A DNA stretch of 64,000 bases from Rhodobiaceae bacterium (GTDB lineage Bacteria > Pseudomonadota > Alphaproteobacteria > Rhizobiales > TMED25). Shown here in pieces: positions 62,388 through 64,000 of this stretch. Each line of letters opens with the position of its first letter. Position 1 is the stretch's first letter. The notes under the pieces were generated by a model that searched no databases, was not told where the DNA came from, and worked only from the letters and a program-made list of their open reading frames with translations. A program made the translations under genes and the position numbers. The DNA is taken from contig JABIEF010000071.1 of the NCBI GenBank assembly GCA_018651345.1, positions 500-64,499 of the forward strand, written 5' to 3'.

Positions 62388-62465
62388 TATTAATACTCTA
62401 TTCTAATTGATTTACATAAAATCACTTGAATAAATTATATTATAAATTGTTTTAAATTAATAGTA

Positions 62466-62864
62466 TTAACGTGACTTAGAATTATTCTCTGAAGCAGCAA
62501 GTTTTTCTAGCCCTCTTAAAAGCTCTTCTTCTGACATTCTCTCCGATTCTACTGCATCGACTATAGTCGTATCATCGCTAAAAATTGGATTAATCGCTTC
62601 TATTATTGGAGCTGTATCATCTTCAGGTTCATCGACTTCAACATATTTCTGTAATGAGTGTACTAACTCCTCCCTAAGATCTTCTGGAGATATTTCACTA
62701 TCAGCAATTTCCCTAAGGGCTACAACAGGATTTTTATCATTATCTCTAGTAACTGTAATTTCCGATCCAGTAGATATCATTCTCGATCTATGGCTTGCAA
62801 TTAAAACTAAATCAAAACGATTTGCAACTTTATCTATACAATCTTCAACAGTTACTCTAGCCAT
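62466..62864 (-). CDS. rpoZ: RNA polymerase omega subunit
   Basis: Has the N-terminus [30 protein letters not shown] and an acidic C-terminal extension. Confidence 0.93.
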   Translation of the reverse strand: MARVTVEDCIDKVANRFDLVLIASHRSRMISTGSEITVTRDNDKNPVVALREIADSEISPEDLREELVHSLQKYVEVDEPEDDTAPIIEAINPIFSDDTTIVDAVESERMSEEELLRGLEKLAASENNSKSR

Positions 62865-62968
62865 ATAATTCTCCTAAGATATGTTATCTACTCATTCTAA
62901 TAAAAGTTTTTTACATAAGAATCAATAGGTAATGTTATTATATTTTAGAATTAAACCCTATAATTCTA

Positions 62969-63008
62969 TTAATTAAGCCATAATAAGTTATTATTATGGC
63001 TTAATTAA
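62969..63008. repeat. perfect 40-nt inverted repeat (18-bp arms, 4-nt loop)
   Basis: Read directly as TTAATTAAGCCATAATAA-GTTA-TTATTATGGCTTAATTAA. It lies in the divergent rpoZ/udg spacer, 25 nt upstream of the udg ATG. Confidence 0.95.
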
Positions 63009-63033
63009 CGATTAATGCTGAATATACAAAATC

Positions 63034-63672
63034 ATGGAAACTCTAAGACCAACAAAAAACTGCAAATTATGTATCCGTTTATATGACTTCAGATCTGATA
63101 ATAAAAAAAAATATCCGTCTTATTATAATGGAGCGATTCCTATTTACGGAGATAGAAATGCTGAATTATTAATTATTGGACTAGCCCCCGGATTAAAAGG
63201 TGCGAACAACTCAGGAAGGCCCTTCACCGGAGATTATGCTGGAGAAATTCTTTATCACACTCTTGCAAAATATAATTATCTATATGGAGAATATAATAAA
63301 AATGACTTAAAAAAATTTTCATTAAAGAATTGTGCAATAACAAATGCAGTAAAATGCGTCCCTCCGAATAATAAGCCTAATGCAAATGAAATAAATAATT
63401 GCCAAAGATTTTTGCTTAACGATCTAGCTAGTTTAAAAAATATTAAAGCTGTTCTAACTTTAGGTAGAATTGCCCATAATAGCTTAATAAAAATTCTAAA
63501 TTTAAAAATATCTGAATACCCATTTAAGCATAATACTGAACATAAATTAAATAATTTAAAACTATTTAATTCGTACCATTGTTCAAGATATAACATTAAT
63601 ACAAAAAGACTAACCTTGGAGATGTTTGAAGATGTTTTTGAAAATATTGATTATTTTATAAAAAATACTTAA
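63034..63672 (+). CDS. uracil-DNA glycosylase superfamily protein, family 4/5 (UdgB-like) with Fe-S cysteines
   Basis: Motif A reads GLAPGLKGANNSGRPFTGDYAG. Cysteines sit at CKLC near the N-terminus, in VKCVPP and in NNCQ. The C-terminal HCSRYN-like motif B is present. Confidence 0.8.
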   Translation: METLRPTKNCKLCIRLYDFRSDNKKKYPSYYNGAIPIYGDRNAELLIIGLAPGLKGANNSGRPFTGDYAGEILYHTLAKYNYLYGEYNKNDLKKFSLKNCAITNAVKCVPPNNKPNANEINNCQRFLLNDLASLKNIKAVLTLGRIAHNSLIKILNLKISEYPFKHNTEHKLNNLKLFNSYHCSRYNINTKRLTLEMFEDVFENIDYFIKNT

Positions 63673-64000
63673 TTCAACTGTTTTAATAGCCTTTGCTTAT
63701 CCCTTTGCCAACTTCTATTTTTTTCAGTTTCTCGTTTATCATGTATTTTTTTACCCTTAGCGGTAGCTAATTCTATTTTAACCAAACCCTTACCATTAAA
63801 ATACACCTTCAAAGGGACCAAGGTTAGACCCTGTTGATAGGATAAACCTATTAATTTAGAAATTTCCCTTTTATGTAATAATAATTTTTTTGGTCTTCTT
63901 GGGCGATGAGTCTCTCTTCCCGCATTATCATATTCTTCAATATAAAAATTAAATAAATAAATATCACCAGATTCTTCACCTGCGTGGGCTTCGTTAATAC
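63669..64000 (-). CDS. smpB: SsrA-binding protein SmpB, C-terminal part (5' end outside window)
   Basis: Not in the ORF track because there is no start in the window. My translation of the minus strand gives ...YQQGLTLVPLKVYFNGKGLVKIELATAKGKKIHDKRETEKNRSWQRDKQRLLKQLN*, a typical SmpB C-terminus. The stop is at 63669-63671. Confidence 0.9.
   Translation of the reverse strand, partial: INEAHAGEESGDIYLFNFYIEEYDNAGRETHRPRRPKKLLLHKREISKLIGLSYQQGLTLVPLKVYFNGKGLVKIELATAKGKKIHDKRETEKNRSWQRDKQRLLKQLN

Noticed and set aside
62969-63008. Possible dif (XerCD) site, because the palindrome contains CATAA ... TTATG arms.
   Set aside because: The CATAA and TTATG elements are separated by 10 nt rather than the 6-nt central region of dif. 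The outer arms do not match the XerC/XerD consensus. There is also no strand-bias switch, as would be expected at a terminus.
63001-63015. A CtrA-like TTAA-N7-TTAA motif overlapping the 3' arm of the palindrome.
   Set aside because: TTAA is extremely frequent in this AT-rich DNA, so a single N7-spaced pair has no statistical weight.

Overview
This window is a visibly AT-rich (roughly 30% G+C by eye, not computed) and extremely compact bacterial chromosome segment. I call 63 protein-coding genes (2 cut by the window edges) plus 3 tRNA genes. By my coordinates it is about 94% coding, with many 1-4 nt gene overlaps, and only 9 genes lie on the + strand.

Gene content and order are alphaproteobacterial core genome:
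- gltX-gltA
- lpxB-lpxI-lpxA-fabZ-lpxD-bamA-rseP-dxr-cdsA-uppS-frr-pyrH-tsf-rpsB-dnaE
- recJ-glpX-hom-aminotransferase-argC
- rpsI-rplM
- plsX-fabH-ihfA-merR
- thiL-nusB-ribH-ribE-ribD-nrdR-glyA-hemA (ALA synthase)
- rpoZ-spoT-pyrE-pdxJ-acpS-lepB-rnc-era-recO-parC

The streamlining and AT-richness resemble SAR11/Pelagibacterales-type marine genomes; that taxon assignment is inference only.

I found no rRNA, CRISPR, IS/transposase, integrase, phage, toxin-antitoxin or defence genes, and no accessory island. Every long ORF that is not an antisense shadow belongs to a recognisable housekeeping family. I therefore do NOT see a convincing novel multi-gene system in this window.

What remains unexplained is small and mostly non-coding:
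- an NDUFS4-like gene wedged between tRNA genes with no room for its own promoter or terminator
- a perfect 40-nt hairpin/palindrome in the rpoZ-udg divergent spacer
- a 26-bp perfect palindrome upstream of a purine permease
- a G/C-containing structured leader in front of rpsB
- a tandem 14-mer in the ldt-hemB spacer
- a consensus DnaA box upstream of dnaE
- convergent genes whose ends overlap or abut without terminators

Several ORF-track starts (longest ATG/GTG/TTG ORFs) were moved to better-supported downstream start codons.
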